Source: a virus. From it: 64,000 nucleotides of DNA. This document shows positions 44,682 to 54,039 of the stretch, one piece after another; positions within the stretch are counted from its first letter, which is position 1; every line of letters begins with the position of its first letter. The stretch lies in IMG/VR virus record IMGVR_UViG_3300029060_000343; one strand, 5' to 3'. Below the pieces are notes generated by a model that saw only the letters and a program-made list of their open reading frames with translations, did not search any database and was not told the DNA's origin. Made by a program: the position numbers and the translations under genes.

Positions 44682-46109
44682 TTAATCGCTCAGAGAGGTA
44701 TCACCAGGTATCCAATTCTCTTCTGCTTTCTTCCTGAATTTCGGTGCTACCGTCTCTTTATAAAACGCGGATTCTGAAGCCATAGCCATATCAATGATCC
44801 AGAATTCATCTCCGTTTTGCATCACGTCGATCGACCACTGACCGCTTAAATTAACGTCCGGCAGCAGTTCTTCGATTTCTTTCACAACGAGGCTTTTGTT
44901 TGATACATATTTCCGATACAATTCTTTTTCATGTATAGAATAAATAACATAATCATGCCGGTCATGGATATTAGAATTACGTGCAAAACGTTTTTTCATT
45001 GTTTCTGCGTCCCAGTAGGCATGAATGCCAAGTACCATGTCTATATCAAAGTCAACGAATATGCGATATTCTGTATGAAGCGGCAGCCCTTTGTAAATAG
45101 TGGGATTATTCTCCTTATCCTGAATAAATTCGCGGACCACCCATTCATTTGTTGTAGAAACACCGTAAATAGGATGCGGAATTGTCGTGGGAGCAGCCAT
45201 CTGCAACGCCTGCCAGTGGATAAATAACAGATATTCTCCCAATTCCCGTACTTCTTTTGCACCAAATACATGTGCATTACGAAAATCAAATTTGGAAGAA
45301 TAGGTTCCGGTTTTGATAAAATAGTCCTTATCTTCGCTCAATTCAAATGCTTTTCTGCAGTATGCATCCACGATATCCAGTGTCGTTCTGTTGAATGACA
45401 TATAATCCAGCCTCGTGAGCTGAAGTAATGTAAGCGGCACTTTAATGATTGTTGTTGCCGGGATTTTAAAAAATCCTCTGTCTAGGACTGGTCGGATCAT
45501 TTGTGGCAGCCAATAACCCATGGAATTTCTGTTACATCCGATCATATCATAGAGTCCGGAATCCATATCCAAAATATCCAATCCCTGCCGGAACATTCCA
45601 TAAAACGAAGCTGCTTTCTGTTCGTCTCCCGCTGCTTTTGCTTCCATATATTTCTGAAGCATAAGGTATACTATCTCACTACTTGACTCTTTCATATCCT
45701 TTGCCACAAACGTTCCTGTAAACTGAGGTCTTACATCTTTTGAAATTTTGAGCAATTCTTCCTTGAGTACTTTAACCTCGGTTTCAGGAAGGCTTTTTGT
45801 ATCAAGCGTCCCGTTTACTCTCTTCCCGTCAAATTTCCACACAACGGTCTGCGAGAGAAGTTCATCGACGATGCGGTCAATGATATCCTGGCTGCATCCA
45901 TTTGATAGAATACCTTCTTTTTCTTCGGCGGCCTGTTTTGCATTAATATCAAAAAGATTGTTGCTGTCGTTTTCGGAGGAATCAGTCTTTCGGTACATTT
46001 CCTCGAATTTATCAAGAAATTTTGGATCTGCTTTTAATATTTTTACAGCTTCGCCAAGTGATAAAGACTTTACATTTTTGCGTTTTGGTAGAAATATCTT
46101 CTCTAAAAA
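44682..46109 (-). CDS. hypothetical protein, possible C-terminal ATP-grasp-like domain (GTG start)
   Basis: C-terminal region (EYRIFVDFD...GQWSIDVMQNGDEFWIIDM) resembles the ATP-grasp strand-loop pattern; GTG start after a GGAGGAAG RBS. Confidence 0.4.
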   Translation of the reverse strand, partial: FLEKIFLPKRKNVKSLSLGEAVKILKADPKFLDKFEEMYRKTDSSENDSNNLFDINAKQAAEEKEGILSNGCSQDIIDRIVDELLSQTVVWKFDGKRVNGTLDTKSLPETEVKVLKEELLKISKDVRPQFTGTFVAKDMKESSSEIVYLMLQKYMEAKAAGDEQKAASFYGMFRQGLDILDMDSGLYDMIGCNRNSMGYWLPQMIRPVLDRGFFKIPATTIIKVPLTLLQLTRLDYMSFNRTTLDIVDAYCRKAFELSEDKDYFIKTGTYSSKFDFRNAHVFGAKEVRELGEYLLFIHWQALQMAAPTTIPHPIYGVSTTNEWVVREFIQDKENNPTIYKGLPLHTEYRIFVDFDIDMVLGIHAYWDAETMKKRFARNSNIHDRHDYVIYSIHEKELYRKYVSNKSLVVKEIEELLPDVNLSGQWSIDVMQNGDEFWIIDMAMASESAFYKETVAPKFRKKAEENWIPGDTSLSD

Positions 46110-46170
46110 ATTCACTTTTTCTTCCTCCTGTTTTCTGATTTCTATTAATATGTCAGAATTGGGATCTAGA

Positions 46171-46194
46171 AAAATCTCCCCGAAGGGAGATTTT
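46171..46194 (-). terminator. intrinsic terminator after the 687-aa gene
   Basis: AAAATCTCCCCGAAGGGAGATTTT. Confidence 0.6.
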
Positions 46195-46195
46195 C

Positions 46196-48259
46196 TTAAT
46201 TGTGTGTTGATAAACATGACCTCGTTATTTGCAATAAAAACTTGCATTTTTCGCATTTCTTACACAAGTCAAAACCTCTGCTCTGTCCTTTGCAAGTACC
46301 GACAGCATTTTCTACCGTCGCTTTTTCCGTTGTCGCATTTATGAAACGACTTCTCTCGTAACATCTCGGTAATCCGCTTTTCCAGAAAGCTTCTCTTGCG
46401 ACACCGGCCTCGTCCTGGCAGCCGTAGGTTTCGTCTACGCTCAAAACCACCGCAAAATTGAATTCTTTCTCATTGTAGTGATCTTTGATCGCCCAGTCCA
46501 TTGGATCGTAGTTATCGAGCAGGTGATTTCCCTGATGATAGAGTCCGTAATTATAATGCTGGAATTCTTCCGGAAGCTCCGGAACCTTTACATTACATAA
46601 TTTTGCAAGTTCCTCCGCCGTTCTCGCCTGGAACGTCAACACCACGGAAGGCTTTTTGCCGATAAAATAGCTCTTATAATCAGCTTTTGTCCAGTTATTT
46701 TCTCCTTTATGAAAAACCTTTGTACAACAGTACCAGAGCCCGTCGTTATAAAATGCATCGAAAGTTGTTTTGTCCATGGGAATTTCACCACGGAAACCTG
46801 AGAGGATCGTTTTTCTCAGATTTTTTTCGAACATCTCAACAACGGCATTTCTTACGAAAGCGTAGTTGCGTTCATAATCCTTTTCTTCCATATCTGCGAT
46901 CGCTTTTGCAATATTGTATCTGGCGAGCCACCTCTGATCGTATTTGAGTTCTTCTTCCGTCCGCAGATCATTCAGATTTATGGACTCGTATCTCGGAGTG
47001 TTTTTTGTTCCCCAGTCATTTGTCTTGCTGTTTTCTGGGGACAACATAAATTCGTTATCTCTTCCGTCTACGAGATCCATTATTTTAGTATTTACCTTAT
47101 CGATGTATCTTTCAATAAGATAATCGTATAAATGCTGCGAAGCATGACCGTCGTATTCCAGTTCATTTACGTCATCGAGAGTCGGTGCCACAAGAGGAAT
47201 CAACGGGATATTGCCGGCAGCAACGATCTCTTTTCTTCCGTTGTCTTCCAGACCTGGACAGATAATATTTGCCTTGCAGTAGGATAATTCCGGACAGGAT
47301 ACTTTTCCGTCATAGAATTTTTCTTTGATCAGCTGGAACATGTAAACAGCCCAGAAGGCTTCGCACTGATCCATGGATTTCAAAGTGCCGATCTTTACTC
47401 TGACGGCATCATTTTCTATGATGTTGGATAACTCCGCATCCGTTTCACTTACACCGTATCTGCTGCCGCCCCACAGATCACTTATATCAATTCCTGAAAG
47501 CGACGAATAAGGGAACCAGTTGCCTTCGATACGCCTGCTCATATCTCTTCCGGGACATCTTGAAAAGTTTCTCTGGATCGGATATTTGTAGACTGGCCGG
47601 TCAGATAAAATATAAAGGTTTTCGCCGTTTCTGATCAGAAATGCAAAGTAACTTTCATCGATATTTTTCTCATTTCTGATATAACACAGGGATACACCGG
47701 TAATCGCGCCTTTTGCTGCATAACGGATCACGTCACTGATACTTCTATACATATAAACTTCGCTAGAAGCTTTAAAAGAGCCTTCGTCGAATCTGCCTTT
47801 TGCAATCTGATCAAGTTTTAATCCCTTATTGATGCAGTAGTTTGCAGACGTAACAATATCCATGATGTTTTCGGCGCTCAGTTTATCGGATTCCAGATTG
47901 TAGAAGTCAAGTGCAGATTTTGCATTTCTGATGATCTCCTCTTCTGCTCCCGTTTCCAGGATTGCCTGATACAATTTTCTGCAATCTTCAGCCAATTCCT
48001 GCATCTCTGTATTTAAAATAATATCCATTAAGGAAACGGTCTTTTCTTTGATAAATTTCTTGAAATAGATACCAAGATAAGCTTCTGCAAATAATCCAGT
48101 CTCATCAATCTGAAGCACCTCTTTAATCTTATCGTCCATAACTTTGATGTCGTAATCAGATAATTTCCCGGACAGATTGATTGAAAAAGAAGTTTTTTCT
48201 TCACTGGGATCCAATCCTGTGATCTTCACCCATAAATTCAGTTTTTCTTTTAATGTCAT
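46196..48259 (-). CDS. large hypothetical protein (687 aa) with Cys-rich C-terminus
   Basis: Longest intact ORF in the window; terminator hairpin at 46171-46194. Confidence 0.6.
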   Translation of the reverse strand: MTLKEKLNLWVKITGLDPSEEKTSFSINLSGKLSDYDIKVMDDKIKEVLQIDETGLFAEAYLGIYFKKFIKEKTVSLMDIILNTEMQELAEDCRKLYQAILETGAEEEIIRNAKSALDFYNLESDKLSAENIMDIVTSANYCINKGLKLDQIAKGRFDEGSFKASSEVYMYRSISDVIRYAAKGAITGVSLCYIRNEKNIDESYFAFLIRNGENLYILSDRPVYKYPIQRNFSRCPGRDMSRRIEGNWFPYSSLSGIDISDLWGGSRYGVSETDAELSNIIENDAVRVKIGTLKSMDQCEAFWAVYMFQLIKEKFYDGKVSCPELSYCKANIICPGLEDNGRKEIVAAGNIPLIPLVAPTLDDVNELEYDGHASQHLYDYLIERYIDKVNTKIMDLVDGRDNEFMLSPENSKTNDWGTKNTPRYESINLNDLRTEEELKYDQRWLARYNIAKAIADMEEKDYERNYAFVRNAVVEMFEKNLRKTILSGFRGEIPMDKTTFDAFYNDGLWYCCTKVFHKGENNWTKADYKSYFIGKKPSVVLTFQARTAEELAKLCNVKVPELPEEFQHYNYGLYHQGNHLLDNYDPMDWAIKDHYNEKEFNFAVVLSVDETYGCQDEAGVAREAFWKSGLPRCYERSRFINATTEKATVENAVGTCKGQSRGFDLCKKCEKCKFLLQITRSCLSTHN

Positions 48260-48269
48260 ATTTTTCTCC

Positions 48270-48938
48270 TTATAAAATACCTGCGAATCTCAATACCTTG
48301 TTGCAATCAAGCTCATAAATATGAGAGTCCCAGTCGTCTCCCGGTTGTGTTTTTTGCACCGCAATCGGACATTTACAGACGGCATCGAAATTCTTTTTCA
48401 GCCAGTCATAAACATATTGATTCTGACCATTCCAGATATACTCGATATGAGCCGGAATACCAAAAATGGTTTTCATGTCGCGTATGGCTGATGCAAGAAC
48501 AACTGTACCAATTCCACGGTTTTTATAGCCATCTTCTGTAAACCATGCAGGAATTACCCAAGTATTTGCATCATTGCTCTTCTTGTGCATCTCGCAGTGG
48601 CAGATAATATCATCTCCTGCCTTTGCAATGTATTCGATCAATCCATTCTCTTCGTCTAAAAATCCGCAGCAGATAGTGATCCGGCGAAGATTATTTCTTT
48701 CCTCAAATTTCTTCAAGGATTTTTCATTTTCTTCAAACACTGTTTTATTGTGTTCGCTGTGATCAAAATAATATGTGGATTTTGTCATTGTGTATCTCGC
48801 CCTTCGCGCTTCCCATGAATCTAATACATCTGTTGTTGTATTGTAATGTTTTATTTCACAGGCTTGAATTTCATTGCGATCAAGAGATTTTTTTCCACAT
48901 ACTTCACATTCATATTGTGAAATCATTCTTCGTATCAT
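48270..48938 (-). CDS. hypothetical protein; N-terminal zinc ribbon plus possible GNAT-like C-terminus
   Basis: CEVCGKK...C N-terminus; GIGTVVLASAIRD resembles GNAT motif A. Confidence 0.4.
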   Translation of the reverse strand: MIRRMISQYECEVCGKKSLDRNEIQACEIKHYNTTTDVLDSWEARRARYTMTKSTYYFDHSEHNKTVFEENEKSLKKFEERNNLRRITICCGFLDEENGLIEYIAKAGDDIICHCEMHKKSNDANTWVIPAWFTEDGYKNRGIGTVVLASAIRDMKTIFGIPAHIEYIWNGQNQYVYDWLKKNFDAVCKCPIAVQKTQPGDDWDSHIYELDCNKVLRFAGIL

Positions 48939-48969
48939 CTTCTTCTCCCTCTTTCTTTAGTTTGACAGT

Positions 48970-48987
48970 ATTAATATGACAGATAAG
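48970..48987 (-). promoter_or_regulatory. conserved intergenic motif copy (ATTAATATGACAGATAAG)
   Basis: Upstream of 48270..48938; preceded by terminator 49000-49019. Confidence 0.5.
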
Positions 48988-48999
48988 AAGGTACGAAAA

Positions 49000-49019
49000 A
49001 TCCTCCCCTAAGGGAGGAT
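49000..49019 (-). terminator. intrinsic terminator
   Basis: ATCCTCCCCTAAGGGAGGAT hairpin. Confidence 0.5.
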
Positions 49020-49023
49020 CCTG

Positions 49024-49719
49024 TTAATTTTTTAATTCCTCGTAATGTTCCGTTAATTCCTCACTCAGCGCTTTTCCACTCTCACCGAATAACATTTTTA
49101 ACTGGAACGGAAGTCCGATCTCTTTGTCGGAAGCATTTGTTATAGCTTTTTTAATTTCATCCATGCGTTTGCTGTATTTGCAACCGGCCTTTTCTTCAGC
49201 AATCTTCACCAGTTTTTCCAGGAGATCGTCAGTGGGCGTGTTTTCCGGTGGACTCATCATCGGTGTCTCCTCTTCTTTTGCTGCAGCCGGTTCGGGATCT
49301 TCATTTTTCAACTCTTTTACACCTTTCGGTTCAGCTGTTTTTCTCGGAGCTCTCGGCTTCGATACTTTCTTATCGGAATTTTTTGCGGCAGCAGCCATGG
49401 ATAAAAGCTCGATCTCCTGTTCTTTCGCGAAATCCGCCATATCCCTGGGCACGGACGAAATGGTACATACACGGGACTCTTTCCGCTCCTTTAACATCCC
49501 GAGAACAAACAACAATGTATCTCTTTTCTCTGGAAGCGCCGTAGAAAGCTCCAGTTTATCATCCGGAATAGGCAGCTGGCGAAGCTTGTTATATTCACTA
49601 ATCCGCAGTTCAGTTCCAAGGACTGTGAACTTATCGAACATAGACGGGATCTTTTTGTTTTCTTTGATCAGATCTGATAATTTCTGGATTTCATCGCTCC
49701 AGATAAGTAATGTTGACAT
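49024..49719 (-). CDS. hypothetical protein with Lys/Pro/Glu-rich central region
   Basis: ORF track; terminator at 49000-49019. Confidence 0.5.
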   Translation of the reverse strand: MSTLLIWSDEIQKLSDLIKENKKIPSMFDKFTVLGTELRISEYNKLRQLPIPDDKLELSTALPEKRDTLLFVLGMLKERKESRVCTISSVPRDMADFAKEQEIELLSMAAAAKNSDKKVSKPRAPRKTAEPKGVKELKNEDPEPAAAKEEETPMMSPPENTPTDDLLEKLVKIAEEKAGCKYSKRMDEIKKAITNASDKEIGLPFQLKMLFGESGKALSEELTEHYEELKN

Positions 49720-49919
49720 ACGTTACACCTCCTTCTTTTAATATTATTATGACAGAATTTTTATAGAGTGGAAATTTCTGCACAAAAAGAACGAATAATA
49801 CATTCGCTCTTCATATATCAGGTTATGGATGAAAATTTAAAGGCCTCGTTAAACCTCTGTCGCCTATGCCAATTTTTCTTTCCAAGTTACAAATCACCCT
49901 GATATACATATGAAATCGC

Positions 49920-49947
49920 TTGTATATATATGAAACGGTAGTATAAT
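49920..49947 (+). promoter_or_regulatory. sigma-A-type promoter TTGTAT-N16-TATAAT for 49969..50274
   Basis: Read directly from sequence. Confidence 0.5.
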
Positions 49948-49968
49948 TGATATATAAGGAGGTGTATT

Positions 49969-50274
49969 ATGTACATTAATGGAGACGAACTAAAAGTAAT
50001 CTTATTGAAAATCTACGAAACATTAAATATACAGACAGATTGTAATTTTACTGATATTCTTTATGAACGGCTTAAAAATTATGAAAATGATGAGAGTGTA
50101 GCTCAATTTTTTCAGGACAAGAATCATTGTGATATCATCCCTTCTCTGGCAAGTGAAAAGGAAATTACTTCTTTGAAATCTGAATTGATAACCTTATTGC
50201 AGGATATTAAAACTCACCAGACAGAAGAATTAGAAAAAGGACCTATACAATTTAATGAAAATAATGAACGCTAA
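49969..50274 (+). CDS. hypothetical protein (101 aa)
   Basis: Canonical promoter TTGTAT-N16-TATAAT plus AAGGAGG RBS; terminator at 50274-50298. Confidence 0.55.
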   Translation: MYINGDELKVILLKIYETLNIQTDCNFTDILYERLKNYENDESVAQFFQDKNHCDIIPSLASEKEITSLKSELITLLQDIKTHQTEELEKGPIQFNENNER

Positions 50275-50298
50275 AAAAGAGAGCAAAAGCTCTCTTTT
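50274..50298. terminator. bidirectional terminator
   Basis: AAAAAGAGAGCAAAAGCTCTCTTTT. Confidence 0.6.
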
Positions 50299-50427
50299 AT
50301 TTTACTATTTCCACAGTGATTTTTACGCGATCCCCATTTACAAAATCGTAAGAGTTCGTGTTACTAATGCTTTCCGCTATCTGACCATTTCCTTCCGTCT
50401 ACTCTTTTCTGCATAATAATTTTTATA

Positions 50428-50456
50428 TTGACAAATAGAACATATGTTTGTATAGT
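50428..50456 (+). promoter_or_regulatory. sigma-A-type promoter TTGACA-N17-TATAGT for 50477..50755
   Basis: Read directly from sequence. Confidence 0.55.
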
Positions 50457-50476
50457 ATTTTCGGAGGGATTTTATA

Positions 50477-50755
50477 ATGATAATTTCAGATTCTATCTTC
50501 GACACCAAACATATTCGCTGCGTTCCGGTCATTGCTGTATTTTCGACTTCTGGTGCTATCAAGCCATTGTATGTGACAATTAACTGGATAAAATTTAAAA
50601 TAGAAAACTACGCCGTCCAGAACAATGCATTCGGAGATAACTGGATCTATTTCTTGTGCGATATTATGGACGGCAATAAAAAGAAACAAATCAAACTGCA
50701 ATACAATCTGTCAGAGCATGCCTGGTTCGTGGACGCCAAATATCTCAGCTCATAA
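50477..50755 (+). CDS. hypothetical protein (92 aa)
   Basis: Canonical TTGACA-N17-TATAGT promoter plus CGGAGGGATTTTATA-ATG RBS. Confidence 0.55.
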   Translation: MIISDSIFDTKHIRCVPVIAVFSTSGAIKPLYVTINWIKFKIENYAVQNNAFGDNWIYFLCDIMDGNKKKQIKLQYNLSEHAWFVDAKYLSS

Positions 50756-50757
50756 GA

Positions 50758-51009
50758 CTATGCCGCACATATTCCGACATACCCACAACCATGTATAACT
50801 TTATATCTGTCATCTTTCTCAAAACAGAAATCCAGACTTTCTGCGGGACATTCTTCCGGATCAATCCATCCGGTCCGGTTTGCTCGCATGATCGTCCCAT
50901 CTTCGCATCGCCAGATCACATCTCCTTTTTCGAAAGTTGTATCCGTGCTGCTTTTCGTCACCTTATAAACAACATTTTTCTCCATTACCGTTTCTCCTCT
51001 GCGGTCCAC
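50758..51009 (-). CDS. hypothetical protein (83 aa)
   Basis: ORF track. Confidence 0.45.
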   Translation of the reverse strand: MDRRGETVMEKNVVYKVTKSSTDTTFEKGDVIWRCEDGTIMRANRTGWIDPEECPAESLDFCFEKDDRYKVIHGCGYVGICAA

Positions 51010-51206
51010 GGCACAACGATACCTAATAATTTCAAATAAGCGTACACTTCTTTGTATCCACCTACCCCGAACATGCGGATCTTACTTAAGTTTCCGTAGT
51101 CGATAATATCGCCCACGGTTTTGATTCCGGCACGACGAAGAACGCTATAAGTTCGGTGGGAAAACTTCTCCGATCCAAGTAGCATATACAAAGGCGTGGC
51201 CACCAA
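50985..51206 (-). CDS. RNA polymerase alpha C-terminal-domain-like (HhH) small protein; TTG start or frameshifted continuation of 51145..51417
   Basis: FSHRTYSVLRRAGIKTVGDIIDYGNLSKIRMFGVGGYKEVYAYL matches the alpha-CTD helix-hairpin-helix pattern (SVRSxNCLKxAGIxTVGDL...NFGKKSLxEI). Confidence 0.45.
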   Translation of the reverse strand: MVATPLYMLLGSEKFSHRTYSVLRRAGIKTVGDIIDYGNLSKIRMFGVGGYKEVYAYLKLLGIVVPWTAEEKR

Positions 51207-51417
51207 TGCTCCTGTCCGCGGTGGTGATCATGATCGGCGTGTCTTTCCTCATCTTTTTGATCCGCAGCATTTTCGATGCCGCATCGTAAAGTTCCTGCAA
51301 TGTTAAAATATGCGGCTCTACGGGCGAACTATTTTTATCCATAACGAATCTCCTTCTAATACTATATATGAATGATTTTACGGGAAACGAAAATACCTGC
51401 ACAGAAAAAGCCGACAA
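51145..51417 (-). CDS. hypothetical protein (90 aa); overlaps and may be the frameshifted N-terminal part of the alpha-CTD-like ORF
   Basis: 62-bp overlap in a different frame with 50985..51206. Confidence 0.35.
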   Translation of the reverse strand: MSAFSVQVFSFPVKSFIYSIRRRFVMDKNSSPVEPHILTLQELYDAASKMLRIKKMRKDTPIMITTADRSIGGHAFVYATWIGEVFPPNL

Positions 51418-51432
51418 TATGCCGGCTTTTTC

Positions 51433-51738
51433 TTAAATCTCGCTGTCATCGATATTTCGCAGTTCTTCCGCTATCTTCAGCAAGCAATCGCTGTCGATGT
51501 ATGAAATAACCGCCACGGTATTGCGATATCCGCTTAACTTACCATACTCCCAATAGGCTCCCCATTCGTCGTTGTAATCTTCTTTTCCGGGGCTTGTCAC
51601 TTTATATTCAATTTTTCTTTTTTGCAGGAACGGCTCCAGTTTATTCAGCGCTACTCCGGGAAGAAGCAGGTGCTGCTTTTCGTTTCGGTATGTAATTTCG
51701 GGATTGTACATTACATTACCTTTCTCCCACCGAAGCAA
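51433..51738 (-). CDS. hypothetical protein (101 aa), paralog of 51711..52037
   Basis: MYNPEITY...PGVALNKLEPF aligns with MYNPQIVY...PGVILNKLIPF in the next gene. Confidence 0.5.
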   Translation of the reverse strand: MLRWEKGNVMYNPEITYRNEKQHLLLPGVALNKLEPFLQKRKIEYKVTSPGKEDYNDEWGAYWEYGKLSGYRNTVAVISYIDSDCLLKIAEELRNIDDSEI

Positions 51739-52037
51739 GGATCATTGGCGCTTACATGAAGCAGGTCTTCTGCGATCTTATGCAGGCATTCAGTATCGAC
51801 TTTTGCTACTACGGCGGCGACACCATTGATTCTAGGTCTGCCGCGGTATACGCACCCACCGGGCCAGCCGTCTTCGAATTCACTTTGGGGAACCGTTCTA
51901 TATTCAATTTTATTTTCTTCCATAAAAGGAATCAGTTTATTTAAAATTACTCCCGGAACAACGGTAACTTCTTCTTTTTCAGAATATACAATTTGTGGAT
52001 TATACATTTCTGCCTCCTTATTCATTTGATGAATCAA
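51711..52037 (-). CDS. hypothetical protein (108 aa), paralog of 51433..51738
   Basis: Tandem duplicate. Confidence 0.5.
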   Translation of the reverse strand: MIHQMNKEAEMYNPQIVYSEKEEVTVVPGVILNKLIPFMEENKIEYRTVPQSEFEDGWPGGCVYRGRPRINGVAAVVAKVDTECLHKIAEDLLHVSANDPCFGGRKVM

Positions 52038-52063
52038 TTATAATACAAATATTAACGACAGTC

Positions 52064-52080
52064 AAAATTCTGCACAGAAA
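52064..52080 (-). promoter_or_regulatory. TTTCTGCACAGAAA inverted-repeat box (TTCTG-CA-CAGAA), one of ~8-10 intergenic copies
   Basis: Other copies at 2633-2650, 3252-3270 (variant), 14092-14110, 49771-49790, 51391-51410, 60490-60505 and 31108-31127 (variant). Confidence 0.4.
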
Positions 52081-52770
52081 CTAATGAGCTATATCCTGCT
52101 TCTTACTTTGTGTTATATTTCTGTTATGTGTTACATTATCTGCATAAGTCAGCATTTCGGTCAATTTGGGGCATTCAAGATAACATTCCAAAGAACTTGC
52201 TGTTCGTATATGATCAATTTCAGCCTTTTTGATTTTTGTTCCCAGTTCGCTTATGTAAGCAATGTATTTGTTATCGCCATTATCTTCTGAAATTTTAATT
52301 TCAGAATTTCCTTTATTATTTTGCAGCCAGATCTTCTTATCTGGATATTCATGTTTTAAACAATGATAAGCTTTTTCGATATTTGATGTGAACGGCATTT
52401 TGTTCTGAATAAAATCCGAAATATTGACTCTTAATCCAGTTTCTTCGGCACGTTCGTGAAAAATATCTACGTATGCCGTTTTAACGAAAAATCCAAATGG
52501 CGATTCGTCAGAAAAATCTCTTTGAAGAACAACCGTCGTCATTGTTGTAGCCAGTTCTCTTCCATCAATCGTTATTCCGTGTCCTACCGGATCGTCTCCC
52601 ATATCTAATCCAAACATTCTGCGGTAACCAGCTGTCATTGCGATGCGGATCGTTATGATCGGACCATCGATTTTTTCAATTTCTGCCGTCGTTTTTCGGA
52701 ATTCCTGGTTATGAAAACCTATGTAAATTCCGATATTAACGACCTGTCCTACTTCGTAGCTTTTTTGCAT
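52081..52770 (-). CDS. hypothetical protein (229 aa)
   Basis: ORF track. Confidence 0.5.
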   Translation of the reverse strand: MQKSYEVGQVVNIGIYIGFHNQEFRKTTAEIEKIDGPIITIRIAMTAGYRRMFGLDMGDDPVGHGITIDGRELATTMTTVVLQRDFSDESPFGFFVKTAYVDIFHERAEETGLRVNISDFIQNKMPFTSNIEKAYHCLKHEYPDKKIWLQNNKGNSEIKISEDNGDNKYIAYISELGTKIKKAEIDHIRTASSLECYLECPKLTEMLTYADNVTHNRNITQSKKQDIAH

Positions 52771-53186
52771 TCCGTTTCCTCCAAGCCATAAAACTCTCCA
52801 AAATCAGTTTCTGTAAAAGACGATGTATAAAGCGTCACGATGTGGTTTTCTTTATCGAAGCCATCATAAATATCAAAAATAATATCCTTAATTACCTGCC
52901 CTTCGACATAGCGTTCCTCATCTCCCTGCAAAAAGAAATCGGTAACTTTGGCATCTATCAGATCTTCAAGGACAGCATCGTCCGGTGCATCGATATCTAT
53001 GCAGTCACTGAGATTTAATACGAGAATGTTTCCTTCATAAGAAACATCATATTTATTAAAATCAAAACGGTATTTCTTTCCATACTTTTCCATACAGATA
53101 TTTCCAACATATATGGATTCTTTAGCAGGTTCCTTTTTGAGTCTGATGCATGCAGTTGCTTTTAAATTCATATTTTTCAATAGCAT
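52749..53186 (-). CDS. hypothetical protein (145 aa)
   Basis: ORF track. Confidence 0.5.
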   Translation of the reverse strand: MLLKNMNLKATACIRLKKEPAKESIYVGNICMEKYGKKYRFDFNKYDVSYEGNILVLNLSDCIDIDAPDDAVLEDLIDAKVTDFFLQGDEERYVEGQVIKDIIFDIYDGFDKENHIVTLYTSSFTETDFGEFYGLEETECKKATK

Positions 53187-53204
53187 AATTAATTTTCCTC
53201 TCTT

Positions 53205-53717
53205 CTACTGTATGTTCGATGAATATCCCAGGATATTTTCGTATGAAATATTTTTGTTCTTTACGAATTTAAAGGGATATTTTAACATTTCCAATTCCCA
53301 GTTGTAAGTCGCAAGCGCTATTCCTACCTCGCGCTTTTCGATATTTCTCGGAAGCGATGCGTTTCCTGCAAGATATTCGCGCATTGCTACGTACTTGGGT
53401 ATTTCTTCTGATAGATAATTGATGCGGAATTGATCTGCGGCGTTATCCGACAAAATTAATTTGGATCTCTCGGCATAATCATCTGCCAGATGCCTATCAA
53501 TGATAGCAAGCGCCTCGTATGTGCCGAAGTTCCAATCCACAACAAGTTCAAACATATCGTGTCCCGCGATGATTCCGTAACCTTCGTAATATTCTTCTGT
53601 TAAAAAGGTCCCATCCGGTATCGCAAGAACAACTGGCTTTTTCCCGTCATAGCCCATGGATTCTTTTCCTGCTGCTTTTTTATTAATTGGAGCATATGTT
53701 TGTGTCCAAAATCCCAT
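53205..53717 (-). CDS. hypothetical protein (170 aa)
   Basis: ORF track. Confidence 0.5.
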   Translation of the reverse strand: MGFWTQTYAPINKKAAGKESMGYDGKKPVVLAIPDGTFLTEEYYEGYGIIAGHDMFELVVDWNFGTYEALAIIDRHLADDYAERSKLILSDNAADQFRINYLSEEIPKYVAMREYLAGNASLPRNIEKREVGIALATYNWELEMLKYPFKFVKNKNISYENILGYSSNIQ

Positions 53718-53719
53718 AA

Positions 53720-53959
53720 TTATTCCTCTCTTCCGTATGTGCTATATTCGTTGTCGCAGGAACATTCGACAATTTTGATATTATGCTTTTTGGTATAATC
53801 CTTGTTGATCAGAATAACCAGAGATCCATCTTTGTTCTCATCTACGGATACAATGCTATTCTCCTCGCCATGAATACCGATGGACATTCCAGTCAGAGGT
53901 CTCTCATGTCTTCCTGCAGACAAGGTTCCATTTTTATTGGTTTTAACCATAAAACCCAT
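53720..53959 (-). CDS. hypothetical protein (79 aa)
   Basis: ORF track; motif at 53991-54009. Confidence 0.45.
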   Translation of the reverse strand: MGFMVKTNKNGTLSAGRHERPLTGMSIGIHGEENSIVSVDENKDGSLVILINKDYTKKHNIKIVECSCDNEYSTYGREE

Positions 53960-54039
53960 GATTATTAATTCCTCCTCTTTTCTTTGATTTCTCTTAATAT
54001 GAAAGAAAACCGCGGATAAAATCCACGGTTTCTCATAAA

